Assembly: GCA_965200765.1 (NCBI GenBank)
Contig: OZ241380.1
Location: forward strand, 2,784,329 to 2,848,328
DNA length: 64,000 nt
Direction: 5' to 3'
Source of the DNA: Arenicellales bacterium
GTDB lineage: Bacteria > Pseudomonadota > Gammaproteobacteria > Arenicellales > JAJDZL01
How positions within the stretch are numbered: the first letter of the stretch is position 1; each line of letters begins with the position of its first letter. Shown one piece after another: positions 16,724 to 30,161 of the stretch. The notes under the pieces are model-generated. The model saw nothing but the letters and a program-made list of their open reading frames with translations, ran no database searches and was not told where the DNA came from. The position numbers and the translations under genes are program-made.

Positions 16724-18622
16724 ATGGGAAATTATCAGAAAACCTTTGATCACTCTGTAAACAACCCCGAAGAGTTCTGGGGAGAAGTGGCCGAATCAGT
16801 TCACTGGTACCAATCCTGGGACAAGGTTCTGGATGACCGCGATGCTCCGTACTATCGCTGGTTTCCCGGTGCAGTTGTCAACACTTGCTACAACGCATTG
16901 GATATTCATGTCGAGCAGGGACGCGGGGACCAGAATGCACTGATTTACGATTCGGCAATGACCGGAGAAATTCGCCACTTTACCTACCGCGAACTTCTTG
17001 AAGAAACCGCCAAATTTGCCGGCGTTCTAAGAAGTCTGGGCGTAGAAAAAGGTAGCCGTGTTGTCATCTACATGCCGATGATTCCACAAACTGCGGTGGC
17101 CATGCTGGCCTGTGCCCGGCTAGGCGCGGTACACTCGGTTGTATTCGGTGGATTCGCGGCCAATGAACTTGCAGTGCGGATTGACGATGCACAACCGACT
17201 GCAATCGTTGCGGCTTCATGCGGACTGGAACCGGGGCGAACAATTGAATACAAGCCGCTATTGGACGAGGCTATAGAACTGTCGACACACAAGCCCCGTG
17301 CGTGTGTGATTTATCAGCGATCTCAGGCAAGAGCTACCATGGTCGAAGGACGCGACCACGACTGGCAAGAGTTGATGAACACCGTGGAACCAGTTGATTG
17401 CGTACCGGTGGCGGCAACAGACCCGCTGTATATTCTCTACACTTCCGGTACTACTGGACAACCCAAAGGCGTGGTCCGCGACAACGGCGGACACATTGTT
17501 TCACTGAAATGGTCCATGAAGAACATTTATGGGGTGGATCCCGGAGAAGTGTTCTGGGCCGCTTCGGATGTCGGTTGGGTTGTCGGCCACTCCTATATTG
17601 TTTACGCACCGCTGTTTGCCGGCAATACCAGTATTCTCTATGAAGGCAAACCGGTCGGCACACCGGACCCGGGTGCCTTCTGGCGAGTGCTTGCCCAGCA
17701 CAATGTTGCGGCATTGTTCACCGCGCCAACTGCCTATCGCGCGATCAAGAAAGAAGACCCGACCGGTTCCTACATCAAGAAGTACGATCTGTCAAATTTC
17801 AGAACACTGTTCCTGGCGGGCGAGCGTACCGACCCGGACACATTGCACTGGGCCGAGGAAAAGATGCAGGTACCGGTAATCGATCATTGGTGGCAAACGG
17901 AAACCGGCTGGGCCATCTGTGCGAATTGCATGGGTATTGAACACTTGCCGGTCAAGGAAGGTTCGCCGTCGAAACCCGTACCTGGCTGGAATCTCAAGGT
18001 GCTGGACGAAAATAACGAAATTGCCGGACCAAACGAAATCGGCTCATTGGCAGTCAAGTTGCCTTTGCCGCCAGGCAGTTTTCCGACTTTGTGGAATGCC
18101 AGACAACGATTCTTTGATGCTTATCTGGCCGATCATCCCGGCTACTACAAAACTGCCGATGCAGGATTTGTAGACGAAGAAAACTATGTCTATGTGATGT
18201 CCAGAACCGACGACATCATCAATGTTGCCGGACATCGCTTGTCTACTGGTGCCATGGAAGAAGTGCTGGCTGCACATCCGGATGTCGCGGAATGCGCGGT
18301 TACCGGCATTGCAGACTCACTCAAGGGGCAACTACCGCTGGGGTTGCTTGTGCTGAATGCCGGAGTTGACCGAAGCCACGATGATATTGTCAAGGAATGC
18401 GTCAAGCTGGTTCGACAGCAAATCGGGCCGGTGGCGGCCTTCAAGCTTGCCGTCGTCGTCAAGCGATTGCCGAAGACCCGTTCCGGAAAAATTTTACGCG
18501 GCACGATTCAGAAAATTGCCGACGATGAACCATGGAAGATGCCGGCCACCATTGATGACCCGGTGATCCTGGATGAAATCACTGATTCACTCGCAAGTAT
18601 CGGTTTTCCGAAAACTTCTTGA
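16724..18622 (+). CDS. prpE: Propionate--CoA ligase (propionyl-CoA synthetase)
   Basis: 632 aa. The N-terminus NPEEFWGEVAESVHWYQSWDKVLD...YRWFPGAVVNTCYNALD and the AMP-binding motif YTSGTTGQPKG match Acs/PrpE-type enzymes. It heads a methylmalonyl-pathway operon. Confidence 0.8.
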   Translation: MGNYQKTFDHSVNNPEEFWGEVAESVHWYQSWDKVLDDRDAPYYRWFPGAVVNTCYNALDIHVEQGRGDQNALIYDSAMTGEIRHFTYRELLEETAKFAGVLRSLGVEKGSRVVIYMPMIPQTAVAMLACARLGAVHSVVFGGFAANELAVRIDDAQPTAIVAASCGLEPGRTIEYKPLLDEAIELSTHKPRACVIYQRSQARATMVEGRDHDWQELMNTVEPVDCVPVAATDPLYILYTSGTTGQPKGVVRDNGGHIVSLKWSMKNIYGVDPGEVFWAASDVGWVVGHSYIVYAPLFAGNTSILYEGKPVGTPDPGAFWRVLAQHNVAALFTAPTAYRAIKKEDPTGSYIKKYDLSNFRTLFLAGERTDPDTLHWAEEKMQVPVIDHWWQTETGWAICANCMGIEHLPVKEGSPSKPVPGWNLKVLDENNEIAGPNEIGSLAVKLPLPPGSFPTLWNARQRFFDAYLADHPGYYKTADAGFVDEENYVYVMSRTDDIINVAGHRLSTGAMEEVLAAHPDVAECAVTGIADSLKGQLPLGLLVLNAGVDRSHDDIVKECVKLVRQQIGPVAAFKLAVVVKRLPKTRSGKILRGTIQKIADDEPWKMPATIDDPVILDEITDSLASIGFPKTS

Positions 18623-18658
18623 ATTGCACTGATTCAATCCGGAATCGAAAACAAGAAC

Positions 18659-20824
<2,166 letters not shown>

Positions 20825-20833
20825 GTCGGATCA

Positions 20834-22366
20834 ATGCAGGACATTCTGGAAAAACTTGAACAAAAACGCGCTGCTGCCAACCTGGGAGGCGGCGAAAAGC
20901 GGATTGTTGCGCAACACAAGAAGGGACGGTTGACTGCGCGAGAACGAATTGACCTGTTGCTGGATGACAGCAGTTTTGAAGAATGGGACATGTTTGTCGA
21001 GCACCGTTGCACCGACTTCGGCATGGCCGACAATAAAATTCCGGGCGACGGGGTCGTTACCGGATACGGAACCATTCATGGACGGCTGGTTTTCGTGTTC
21101 AGTCAGGATTTTACAGTGTACGGCGGTTCGTTGTCGGAAGCTCATGCTGAAAAGATCGGCAAACTGATGGACCAAGCGATCAAGGTCGGCGCACCGGTCA
21201 TTGGAATCAATGATTCCGGCGGTGCGCGTATTCAGGAAGGAGTTGCTTCGCTTGGCGGCTATGCCGATATCTTTCAGCGCAACGTAATGGCATCCGGTGT
21301 CATCCCGCAGATTTCGCTCATCATGGGCCCCTGTGCCGGTGGCGCTGTCTATTCCCCGGCAATTACAGATTTCATCTTCATGGTGCGAGACAGTTCATAC
21401 ATGTTCGTCACGGGGCCCGACGTAACCAAGACTGTTACACATGAAGAAGTCAGTGCGGAGCAACTGGGCGGAGCATCGGCCCATACAACCAAGTCCGGCG
21501 TTGCCGACGGTGCATTTGAAAATGATATTGAAGCATTGTTGATGATGCGCCGGTTTTTCGACTATCTTCCAGCCAGCAATGAGGCACCGGCACCAATTCA
21601 TGAAACCGGCGACTCGGCGGATCGGGAAGAACCTTCGTTGGATACTCTGGTGCCGACCGACCCCAACCAGCCCTACGACATGAAAGAATTGATCATCAAG
21701 GTGGCCGACAATGAGGAATTTTTTGAGCTGAAGCCTGACCATGCCGCCAACATTGTGATCGGATTTGTACGCATGGAAGGTGAAACAGTCGGAGTTGTTG
21801 CCAATCAACCACTGGTGCTTGCCGGGTGTCTCGATATACATTCCTCTCTGAAAGCGGCAAGATTTGTCCGGTTTTGCGATGCTTTTCAGATTCCTGTTCT
21901 CACCTTTGTTGATGTACCCGGGTTTATGCCGGGCACTGCCCAGGAGCATGGCGGCATCATCAAGCATGGTGCAAAGTTGCTGTATGCATATGCTGAGGCA
22001 ACGATCCCGAAAATTACCGTCATTACCCGCAAGGCGTACGGCGGAGCTTATGATGTGATGAGCTCCAAACACCTTCGCGGGGACGTGAATTTCGCTTGGC
22101 CCAGTGCAGAAATTGCAGTGATGGGTCCCAAAGGAGCAGTTGAAATTATTTTTCGCGCTGACCTCGGAGATGAACAAAAAATTGCGACGCGTACAGAAGA
22201 GTATCGTGAGAAATTCGCCAATCCTTTTGTCGCTGCCAGTCGCGGCTTTATCGACGACGTGATTATGCCTAGCGCTACGCGTAAACGCGTGTGTCGTTCC
22301 TTGGCGATGCTCCGCGACAAGCAACTCGACAATCCCTGGCGCAAGCATGGAAACATTCCACTGTAA
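20834..22366 (+). CDS. pccB: Propionyl-CoA carboxylase beta subunit (carboxyltransferase)
   Basis: 510 aa with a carboxyltransferase N/C domain pattern ([10 protein letters not shown], ...AYGGAYDVM). Confidence 0.93.
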   Translation: MQDILEKLEQKRAAANLGGGEKRIVAQHKKGRLTARERIDLLLDDSSFEEWDMFVEHRCTDFGMADNKIPGDGVVTGYGTIHGRLVFVFSQDFTVYGGSLSEAHAEKIGKLMDQAIKVGAPVIGINDSGGARIQEGVASLGGYADIFQRNVMASGVIPQISLIMGPCAGGAVYSPAITDFIFMVRDSSYMFVTGPDVTKTVTHEEVSAEQLGGASAHTTKSGVADGAFENDIEALLMMRRFFDYLPASNEAPAPIHETGDSADREEPSLDTLVPTDPNQPYDMKELIIKVADNEEFFELKPDHAANIVIGFVRMEGETVGVVANQPLVLAGCLDIHSSLKAARFVRFCDAFQIPVLTFVDVPGFMPGTAQEHGGIIKHGAKLLYAYAEATIPKITVITRKAYGGAYDVMSSKHLRGDVNFAWPSAEIAVMGPKGAVEIIFRADLGDEQKIATRTEEYREKFANPFVAASRGFIDDVIMPSATRKRVCRSLAMLRDKQLDNPWRKHGNIPL

Positions 22367-22381
22367 AGCACAACCGGATCC

Positions 22382-24379
22382 ATGTTCAAGAAAATTCTGA
22401 TTGCCAATCGCGGAGAAATCGCCTGCCGCGTGATTCGTACCGCCAAACGCATGGGCATACAAACTGTTGCGGTATTTTCCGATGCCGATGCAATTGCATT
22501 GCACACCCAAAGTGCCGATGAAGCCGTTCATATTGGACCACCGCCTGCGGCAGAGAGCTATCTTAAAGTTGACAAGATTATTGATGCTTGCAAGCAAACC
22601 GGCGCAGAAGCTGTGCATCCTGGCTATGGATTTTTATCTGAAAATACTGACTTCTGCCAGCGATTGGCAGATGCCGGCATTGTATTCATTGGACCGGGGC
22701 CGGACGCAATTACTGCAATGGGCGACAAAATTACCTCCAAGCAAATCGCACGCGATGCGAATGTCAGCGTGATCCCGGGTTTTGATGATGTCATCGAAAA
22801 CCCGAAACATGCAGTGGAGTTGGCCCGACAAGTTGGCTATCCGGTGATGCTTAAGCCGGCAGGTGCCGGGGGAGGCAAAGGAATGCGGCTTGCCTACAGT
22901 GATCAAGAGTGTGCCGAAGGCTTTGAACGGTCCACCAGCGAAGCCAAAGCACAATTTGACGATGGACGGGTATTTGTCGAAAAATATATTGAAAATCCGC
23001 GGCACATTGAAATTCAGGTGTTGGCGGACAGTTTTGGACACGTCATTTATCTGGGTGAACGCGAATGCTCCCTGCAACGTCGCCATCAAAAAGTCATTGA
23101 AGAAGCACCGTCACCGTTTCTGGATGCGGAAACCCGAAAAGCAATCGGCGAGCAGGCCGTGGCACTGGCCAAAGCAGTCAATTACAAATCGGCCGGCACG
23201 GTGGAGTTTGTGGTTGACAAGCACCGCAAATTTTATTTTCTGGAAATGAATACGCGGTTGCAGGTGGAGCATCCGGTTACGGAGTTCACCACCGGACTGG
23301 ATTTGGTGGAATGGATGATCAAAATTGCTGCGGGTGAACCGCTGACAATGAAGCAATCTGACCTCCAGGTCAACGGCTGGTCCATTGAATCACGAATTTA
23401 CGCCGAAGATCCAGCAAGAAACTTCTTGCCGTCCATCGGGCGACTCGTTCGCTATCGTCCGCCGCAGGGAAACGATCAAATTCGGGTAGATACCGGTGTT
23501 TTTGAAGGCGGAGAGGTGCCTTTGTATTACGACCCCATCATTGCCAAACTGGTGGTGCATAGTGATACGCGACAAAATGCGCTCGAAGCAATGGCAACCG
23601 CACTGGATCGATATTTGATAAAAGGCGTGGTGACCAATATTCCATTTTTACAGGCGCTGATACGTGATCCGGTAGTGAAAAATGGTGATATGACGACCAA
23701 TTACATAGAACAGGCGTATCCGGATGGCTATAACTGCGAGTCTGCAGAATGCACAAATCTGGAGTCCGTGGTCCTGGTCTCCGCAATCGTAAACTACATG
23801 ACACTGTTACAATCGGCCCAGTACGATGGCCATTTCACCTCACGAACCTGGTCGCCGCACAGGGAATGGGTGGTGATTTTGAATGGTGACCACTATCCGG
23901 TATCCGTCGAGGAGAGCAACAATGGACACTTGTTGGAATACCAGGGTCAAACTCTAGAAGTCAACCATGAGTGGGCACCCGGCAAAACTCTGTTTACGGG
24001 CACTTTGGATGGCAAAGAAATCATTGTGCAAATCACCCGAAAGGGAATCACTTATCAAGTCGACCACCAAGGTCAACGATTGTTTGTCAAGGTTCTGTCG
24101 GAAAGAGCATCTCAATACAACGAACACATGCTGGTTGCTGAATCATCATCAGTATCTCCGTACCTTGCTTCGCCGATGCCAGGTCTTCTGGTGAAAATCA
24201 GTGTTCGTGAAGGACAGAAAATCAAGGCAGGTGAAGCCGTTGCAATCGTGGAAGCGATGAAAATGGAAAATGTCTTGCGCGCTGAACGCGACGGCACTGT
24301 TGTGAAAATTCTTTCCGAAGTTGGTGACAGTTTGGCCGCCGATCAGCCAATCATTGAATTTGAGCAGGAAGACGCATGA
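22382..24379 (+). CDS. pccA: Propionyl-CoA carboxylase alpha subunit (biotin carboxylase + BCCP domain)
   Basis: 665 aa with MFKKILIANRGEIACRVIRT, an ATP-grasp core and the C-terminal biotinylation motif EAMKMEN. Confidence 0.93.
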   Translation: MFKKILIANRGEIACRVIRTAKRMGIQTVAVFSDADAIALHTQSADEAVHIGPPPAAESYLKVDKIIDACKQTGAEAVHPGYGFLSENTDFCQRLADAGIVFIGPGPDAITAMGDKITSKQIARDANVSVIPGFDDVIENPKHAVELARQVGYPVMLKPAGAGGGKGMRLAYSDQECAEGFERSTSEAKAQFDDGRVFVEKYIENPRHIEIQVLADSFGHVIYLGERECSLQRRHQKVIEEAPSPFLDAETRKAIGEQAVALAKAVNYKSAGTVEFVVDKHRKFYFLEMNTRLQVEHPVTEFTTGLDLVEWMIKIAAGEPLTMKQSDLQVNGWSIESRIYAEDPARNFLPSIGRLVRYRPPQGNDQIRVDTGVFEGGEVPLYYDPIIAKLVVHSDTRQNALEAMATALDRYLIKGVVTNIPFLQALIRDPVVKNGDMTTNYIEQAYPDGYNCESAECTNLESVVLVSAIVNYMTLLQSAQYDGHFTSRTWSPHREWVVILNGDHYPVSVEESNNGHLLEYQGQTLEVNHEWAPGKTLFTGTLDGKEIIVQITRKGITYQVDHQGQRLFVKVLSERASQYNEHMLVAESSSVSPYLASPMPGLLVKISVREGQKIKAGEAVAIVEAMKMENVLRAERDGTVVKILSEVGDSLAADQPIIEFEQEDA

Positions 24380-24780
24380 TCGGAAGATTGAACCATGTTG
24401 CGATTGCGGTACCGGATCTGGAGTCTGCAAGTGCACTGTACAAACAAACTCTGGGAGCCGATGTATCGGAACCGGTACCAATGCCTGAGCATGGAGTGAC
24501 AACAGTTTTTGTCAATCTGCCCAACAGCAAGATTGAACTGTTGTATCCGCTTGGAGAAAACTCGCCAATTGCAAGTTTTCTGGCCAGAAACGCGTCAGGA
24601 GGAATTCATCACCTGTGTTTCGAGGTGGATGACATCATTTGTGCCAGAGATCAACTTCTCGCAGACGGGATGAGAATTCTGGGTGACAGTGAGCCGAAAA
24701 TCGGTGCACATGGCAAACCCGTCGTGTTTCTGCATCCGAAAGACTTTACCGGAACTTTAATCGAACTTGAGCAAGCTTGA
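24376..24780 (+). CDS. mce: Methylmalonyl-CoA epimerase (VOC/glyoxalase fold)
   Basis: 134 aa with LNHVAIAVPDL...GGIHHLCFEVDD...VFLHPKDFTGTLIELEQ. Its start overlaps the pccA stop (ATGA). Confidence 0.85.
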   Translation: MIGRLNHVAIAVPDLESASALYKQTLGADVSEPVPMPEHGVTTVFVNLPNSKIELLYPLGENSPIASFLARNASGGIHHLCFEVDDIICARDQLLADGMRILGDSEPKIGAHGKPVVFLHPKDFTGTLIELEQA

Positions 24781-24787
24781 CACCTAC

Positions 24788-25771
24788 TCAGACTTTCAAG
24801 GCCGCAAGCGTATCTTCAAGTGTCTTGCAATTGATGATTGAATAGTACTTGGGGCGCGGACTCAAACGTCGAAATGCACGCATGATGGTTCCGGCCAAAT
24901 TGGGGCGCCTTGTTGCCGGGTCGGCATCGTTACCCAAACCACCACCGAATTCAATGACCACATCCACTCCTGCGGCGGCGACTGTCATCAAGTTGTCGTA
25001 GTACAAAACTGGGTTGAACAACTGCAGATACAGGTTTTCCTTGATTGATCCAATGTCGTCACCATGAAATTTACCAGTGTAATTGGATGCCACTGGAAAT
25101 TTCGGCGCGGCAAAGCTGGCTTCTTTCAGTTCCTCAGCAAATCGTCTGGCCGCTTCTGTCATGTAAAACGTATGAAAGGCACCTTCTGTTTTCAGTCGAA
25201 CACCGGATTTGCCTGAATATTCTTTCTCAATATCCATCGCCAGTGAATCCAAATCTTCCGGTCGACCGCCGGCTACCGTTTGCTCGGGGAGATTGCAGGC
25301 TGCAATTGCACAATTGTTCTTTTCCGCCCAAGGCTCCAAATCGGCCCTTGACAATGGCAAAGCAAGCATTTCTCCTTCTCCGTACTTGCCCATCAGTTCT
25401 CCGCGTTTGGCAACCAAGCCAAGTGCAGATTCAAAATCAAGTGAAGTGGCCACAACCAGTGCCGAATACTCTCCGAGACTGTGTCCGCAACCGTAAGTTG
25501 GTTGGATTGAATCTTTAGCTAATGCCTGGAACGCTTTCAGGCAAGCGTAAGAATGGGTGAGCAGTACTGGCTGGGTGTACCGTGTCAGGTTGATATTGTT
25601 ACCGGGGTCCTTGGTTGACAGTTCTGTCATATCGTAGCCGAGTACCTCGCTGGCACAGTCGTAGATCTCCGCCGCAATCGGGTGTTCGCGGATCAAGTCA
25701 CTACCAATGCCTTGATACTGGGAGCCTTGGCCCGGAAACAGATACAGAATTTTTTGAAATTCAATTGTCAT
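24788..25771 (-). CDS. Acyltransferase of the malonyl-CoA:ACP transacylase (FabD) family, divergent paralogue
   Basis: 327 aa with FPGQGSQYQG and the nucleophile motif GHSLGEYSA. No other fatty-acid-synthesis genes are adjacent. Confidence 0.75.
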   Translation of the reverse strand: MTIEFQKILYLFPGQGSQYQGIGSDLIREHPIAAEIYDCASEVLGYDMTELSTKDPGNNINLTRYTQPVLLTHSYACLKAFQALAKDSIQPTYGCGHSLGEYSALVVATSLDFESALGLVAKRGELMGKYGEGEMLALPLSRADLEPWAEKNNCAIAACNLPEQTVAGGRPEDLDSLAMDIEKEYSGKSGVRLKTEGAFHTFYMTEAARRFAEELKEASFAAPKFPVASNYTGKFHGDDIGSIKENLYLQLFNPVLYYDNLMTVAAAGVDVVIEFGGGLGNDADPATRRPNLAGTIMRAFRRLSPRPKYYSIINCKTLEDTLAALKV

Positions 25772-26333
25772 TCGTTACCACTACACATTCATACTTACCG
25801 CACCTTGCAGTTTATCGCTATACCCTTTGTACTTGGGATACCGTTGGATAAATATTGTAAACACAGATTCACAGGAATCCTTTTGGAGCATCTGCCAAAT
25901 TAAACACAAAATCCTGAATGTTTATTCATAAAAGACTGTTTGACTACTTATTGGGACTAATAGAAATTCTGTTTTCACTGGCGTTGGCAAAATCATTCAA
26001 TTTTCACCTTTTGGCTATAATCGAATTATCTGGACTATTCCAGATTAGTAGTCACCATGAATTTTGGAGCATTCTTGAGGGTCAAACAGTTTCCGGCCTG
26101 CTTGTCAGTATGGCTGGTTTCAAGCAACTGCACGTTGCAGAAATTTGACTGTTCGCGCGGACAAAGTGTTATCTACCTTCGTTGCGGCAAATGAGGACTA
26201 TCTGAAGTGATTCAAGCGGTCCGAAATAGATGGTCTTCATCACTTGGTCCCGTGTGACCCTCACTAGTGAAAACAACATTCTTTCAGGAACCAATAATTT
26301 TGTTTCATCTTTGTACATCAAGTTAGTTCAACT

Positions 26334-29300
26334 ATGCCCAGATTAACGCGCCTGATTCATATTTCAAAACAGGCAACCCTGATTTCCTTGGTATTGTGGC
26401 TATTCATGCCGAGCGCATTTGCCCAGTCAGTCAGTTGTAATCCATCTACCAATCCTGCGCCGAATACAGGCACCGCTCCTGCTTCAATTACAAATCCGGC
26501 CGGTAAAGCAATCGCTCGACAAAATCAGGGCGAACATGGCATTGTTGCTTCGGACTCAGCGTCTGCACAAAACGCCATGGCCACGAACCGGGGAACCATC
26601 GTTCTGTGCGGAGATGTGCTGGAAAGCAACGACGGAGATGGTAACCCAACTTCTACGGTCGCTGTTGCTGTATCAGCGACGGCAAGCGAGTCTTCTCGAA
26701 GTACCGCAACTGTTTCCAATGAAGCAGGGGGTACGATTGAAACTCGGGGACGTGCGAGTCCGGGTATGCTCGCAACGACGGACAACACAGGCAAGGCGGT
26801 CGCAATCAATCGCGGTTCAATCCGTACAACCGGCGGCGGATACGACAGAAAAATTCGACAAACAGACCTTGCGTTTGGATTGGCGGTTGCTGATGGCATT
26901 GAAGTCTTTGCCAACGATGAAGGTGCTGCCGAAGTGATTAATGAAGCCGGTGCCAGTATTGAGACAACCGGACCCGGAGCACGCGGGATTCGGGTAGCAG
27001 GAGAATCGTCAGGAGCTGTTTCCGTGACGAATCGGGGTCGTATCACAACGCGCGGAAATCCCTATTTCAATGCACAATTCCAGTACTTGCAAGCCAATGG
27101 TATTCGTCTGACATCAGGCGGGTCCGGGGCGGCCACCATGATCAATGAAGGCACAATTGAAACCTTCGGCGTGAATGCAGATGCAGTTTATGTTCGTTCC
27201 CAGGCCGGATTGTCATCCGCGGTCAACCGCGGGCGCATCATTGCTCATAGCAAAGGTGCCACACCGCTTCCGGGAAGAACCTTTGAACGCAACTCACGCG
27301 GCATGCATGTCTGGGCCGGGCTTGATTCTTCCCGAGCCGTCAATGAAAAAAGCGGCATTATTGAAACGAGAGGTCACCATTCACACGCAGTGATCACCGG
27401 AATCAATGGCAACAATCAGCGCTATTCAGTTTCAACCAATGCAATCAATCGTGGAACAGTGACCACCCGGGGTGATTTCGCTTATGGCATCTACGCTTAC
27501 GGCGAAAACGGCGGTACCGCGGACAACCCGAACACAATTCGTGCCGTGAACGAGCAAACCGGTGCAATTGCAACGCACGGAAATGAATCACATGCACTTG
27601 TTGCATGGTTGTGGGACAACGGCGACAGCGACAGTTTTGGTACGATAATCGCAGAAAACCACGGTGCTATTACTACCACTGGTGACTACGCACCCACCGA
27701 TGACCGAAAACGCGTGATCGGCGTAGAAGCCGGGCAATTTCGAGGCGCAAGTCGACCTCGCGGCAAGTCGGGAGATTCACTTGTCATCAATACCGGAACC
27801 GTACAGGCAACCGGAAAACTCTCGTACGGCCTTAGTGCGTTCAACTACGCAAGCGGCAAATCAACCATCAAAATGACTGGCGGCAGTGTTGTGGCCGGCA
27901 CCGCCAATACAAACTATGGTGTTGGCGTTTACGCAGCCGTGCAAACTTCTGTTGCCAATGATGCAGTGGATGATGTTGACATTGACATTCAGATTACTGG
28001 CAGTGAAACAACTGTAACTGCACACAGTGCACCGGCGGATGACCCGCTTACGACAGAGCACCTGGATACACTGGGTACCGGAATCTGGGCCGAAATCAAC
28101 CCGGTGGAATCTGCCCAACCTGACCGGTCCGGACATATCAGTGTTCTGGTTTCAAATGGCGCGACCATCACCGCGAAACGAGCTGTTTTTTTTGAAGGCG
28201 GTACGACTGCATTCACTCTTAAGGAAAGCACCCTGACCGGTTCTGTTGTATTTGACAATTTCGCAGATAATTTTACGGTGCAAGGCGGCCTGGTTGAAGG
28301 TGCCATTGAATTTGCCAAAGGCAATGACCAGCTAACGATTACGAACCGCGGCTACATTACCGGCAATCTGGATTTTGGTGATGGAAGTGACACTCTGCTT
28401 CTTGACGTAGACGGCTATGGCACCCAGGCCAGCAAATTAGGCGGAGTGATCTCCGGACTGGAAGTAATGACGAAGCGCGGCACCGGCGATGTACTGGTCC
28501 GGGATGCAACATCCGAAGGCACAACACTCGTAGTCGAAGAAGGTATGCTGATCATCGCCGGACATCTCAATCTTGGTTCTGCCGGAACAGTTACAATTCG
28601 CGACAACTCTCGCCTGTCATTCCGGATTGGTGCCAATAGCAATGGAAAAATTACGGCCGGCCAAGGTGTAGCATTTCTGGACAGCAAACCGGAAATTTTT
28701 GTTGAAATTGCACCTGAGTTGACTGGTGAGCAGCAACAGACCGTGAACGCAAGGCTGATGCAAGGCGTTGATTTGCTTGGCGACGGTACAAATTTCACTC
28801 AGAAAGCTGAAGAAAATGCACCGGCCGAGAACACCGAAGCAAGCGTACGAACAGTTGGCGGCAAACAAATCGGTACAGTACAAACACATGGCTCCACTAC
28901 CATCACAGCAAATGCCCGTCAAGGCGCAACAATTGAAGTTGCCGCCAAGTCCGCTACTAGGCCCGCGCCAGACAACGATGACAATGCTTATCTGGGAGCA
29001 GCTGCACTTGCTGTACTGTGGTGGTTGATGCGTGACAAAGAAGAAACAAATCTGGTGGATTATGAATCCGGAAACTCAAATGCCGCGAATACTTATTCGC
29101 CACTCAATAACCAAGTCACAGACAATCCTGTCGTGCCGTGGGTTCGCTATTACACTGACAACGGTATCGCACCTGTTCAGGGAATGGCACTTGGCATTGA
29201 TACACAGTTCGGAAATTCGGGGCAAGTACGATTGTCGGTGATGCCTGAGGCAACGGGAAAATCGAATACCGGGAGATTGCATCTCAATGAATCTTCAAGT

Positions 29301-29945
29301 TTTGAAGGCCATAACTTCATGCTTGAGAGTCGTTTCGGAAGAGATTCAATCTTTGCGACTGTCCATGCATCACGAGGACAATACCAAACACACTCGTCAT
29401 TTCGCAGCAATGCTACTCAAGGTAGACTGAGCGGTAACTTCAACATGGTTCAAAATCATTTTCAGGCAAGTGCAGGAATACAGTTTGAACCGGTGAACGG
29501 ACTGGAGTTGATATCGACGATTGGAATCTATCGCGGCTCAGTTCAACAAAGTGAATTTGTCGCTGGAAACTCGGTGCTGACAACGACCCTTCCAAGTAAC
29601 ACCCGAAAGTATCATGGCTGGAAGTTCGGGCTAAATGCACGATTCAAGGAATGGATTGGCACTTCAGGTGCCTTGAAGTTGCAACCACAATTTGGACTCA
29701 GCACGTATCGGACCTATACAGATGGTCCGTCATCCGTGGCACTCAGTCAATCCGAACGCTCTGGTGTGCTACGTTTTACAGAACAGCTTCGTTTGCAAAG
29801 CCTTCCGCAAACTGTCTTCGCATTCAATGCCGGTCTGAAAGTTCATAAATCAAGGGACATGCATTTGAAGCTGAACTATGCTGTCATCTCAATGCGCGAA
29901 GAAATTCACCACGGAGCATTTGGAAAGTTGCAAATTAATTTTTAG
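26334..29945 (+). CDS. Large autotransporter-type outer-membrane protein (paralogue 1)
   Basis: 1203 aa with a signal peptide (LISLVLWLFMPSAFAQS). The passenger carries about 10 iterations of [AV][IV]N[RE]G-x-I-x-T-x-G. The C-terminal ~280 aa have alternating beta-strand character and end in ...LQINF, a terminal aromatic residue. Confidence 0.75.
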   Translation: MPRLTRLIHISKQATLISLVLWLFMPSAFAQSVSCNPSTNPAPNTGTAPASITNPAGKAIARQNQGEHGIVASDSASAQNAMATNRGTIVLCGDVLESNDGDGNPTSTVAVAVSATASESSRSTATVSNEAGGTIETRGRASPGMLATTDNTGKAVAINRGSIRTTGGGYDRKIRQTDLAFGLAVADGIEVFANDEGAAEVINEAGASIETTGPGARGIRVAGESSGAVSVTNRGRITTRGNPYFNAQFQYLQANGIRLTSGGSGAATMINEGTIETFGVNADAVYVRSQAGLSSAVNRGRIIAHSKGATPLPGRTFERNSRGMHVWAGLDSSRAVNEKSGIIETRGHHSHAVITGINGNNQRYSVSTNAINRGTVTTRGDFAYGIYAYGENGGTADNPNTIRAVNEQTGAIATHGNESHALVAWLWDNGDSDSFGTIIAENHGAITTTGDYAPTDDRKRVIGVEAGQFRGASRPRGKSGDSLVINTGTVQATGKLSYGLSAFNYASGKSTIKMTGGSVVAGTANTNYGVGVYAAVQTSVANDAVDDVDIDIQITGSETTVTAHSAPADDPLTTEHLDTLGTGIWAEINPVESAQPDRSGHISVLVSNGATITAKRAVFFEGGTTAFTLKESTLTGSVVFDNFADNFTVQGGLVEGAIEFAKGNDQLTITNRGYITGNLDFGDGSDTLLLDVDGYGTQASKLGGVISGLEVMTKRGTGDVLVRDATSEGTTLVVEEGMLIIAGHLNLGSAGTVTIRDNSRLSFRIGANSNGKITAGQGVAFLDSKPEIFVEIAPELTGEQQQTVNARLMQGVDLLGDGTNFTQKAEENAPAENTEASVRTVGGKQIGTVQTHGSTTITANARQGATIEVAAKSATRPAPDNDDNAYLGAAALAVLWWLMRDKEETNLVDYESGNSNAANTYSPLNNQVTDNPVVPWVRYYTDNGIAPVQGMALGIDTQFGNSGQVRLSVMPEATGKSNTGRLHLNESSSFEGHNFMLESRFGRDSIFATVHASRGQYQTHSSFRSNATQGRLSGNFNMVQNHFQASAGIQFEPVNGLELISTIGIYRGSVQQSEFVAGNSVLTTTLPSNTRKYHGWKFGLNARFKEWIGTSGALKLQPQFGLSTYRTYTDGPSSVALSQSERSGVLRFTEQLRLQSLPQTVFAFNAGLKVHKSRDMHLKLNYAVISMREEIHHGAFGKLQINF

Positions 29946-29977
29946 TGTATAATAGAGTTCATTGTATTTCTCTTTAC

Positions 29978-30019
29978 ATCCCGCTTGTTTTGAAGGCATG
30001 TCAAGCGGGATTTTTTTTG
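29978..30019 (+). terminator. Rho-independent terminator after autotransporter paralogue 1
   Basis: A perfect 10-bp stem joins ATCCCGCTTG (29978-29987) and CAAGCGGGAT (30002-30011), followed by a T8 run. Confidence 0.8.
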
Positions 30020-30161
30020 AACACTTTGGCTTGTGTGTTCTATTCCCGGTTTTGGTACTCCTCCCAAAATCTTGTTGTCTCTGATTTGCAACATTCATGT
30101 ATGGTATAGCCTTTGCAACGTCCACATTATCAATAACAACAAAACCTGCAATTCAGACAAG

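Noticed and set aside
21395-22618. 407-aa minus-strand ORF spanning the pccB/pccA junction
   Set aside because: It is antisense to two genes with unmistakable carboxylase motifs. Its sequence is Arg/Cys/Gly-rich and low in information, typical of a shadow ORF in GC-rich coding DNA. I recognised no motif.
25918-26148. 76-aa plus-strand ORF in the 560-bp gap between the FabD-like gene and autotransporter 1
   Set aside because: It is a hydrophobic, low-complexity translation of AT-rich intergenic DNA with no RBS. The region is more plausibly the promoter or leader for the autotransporter.
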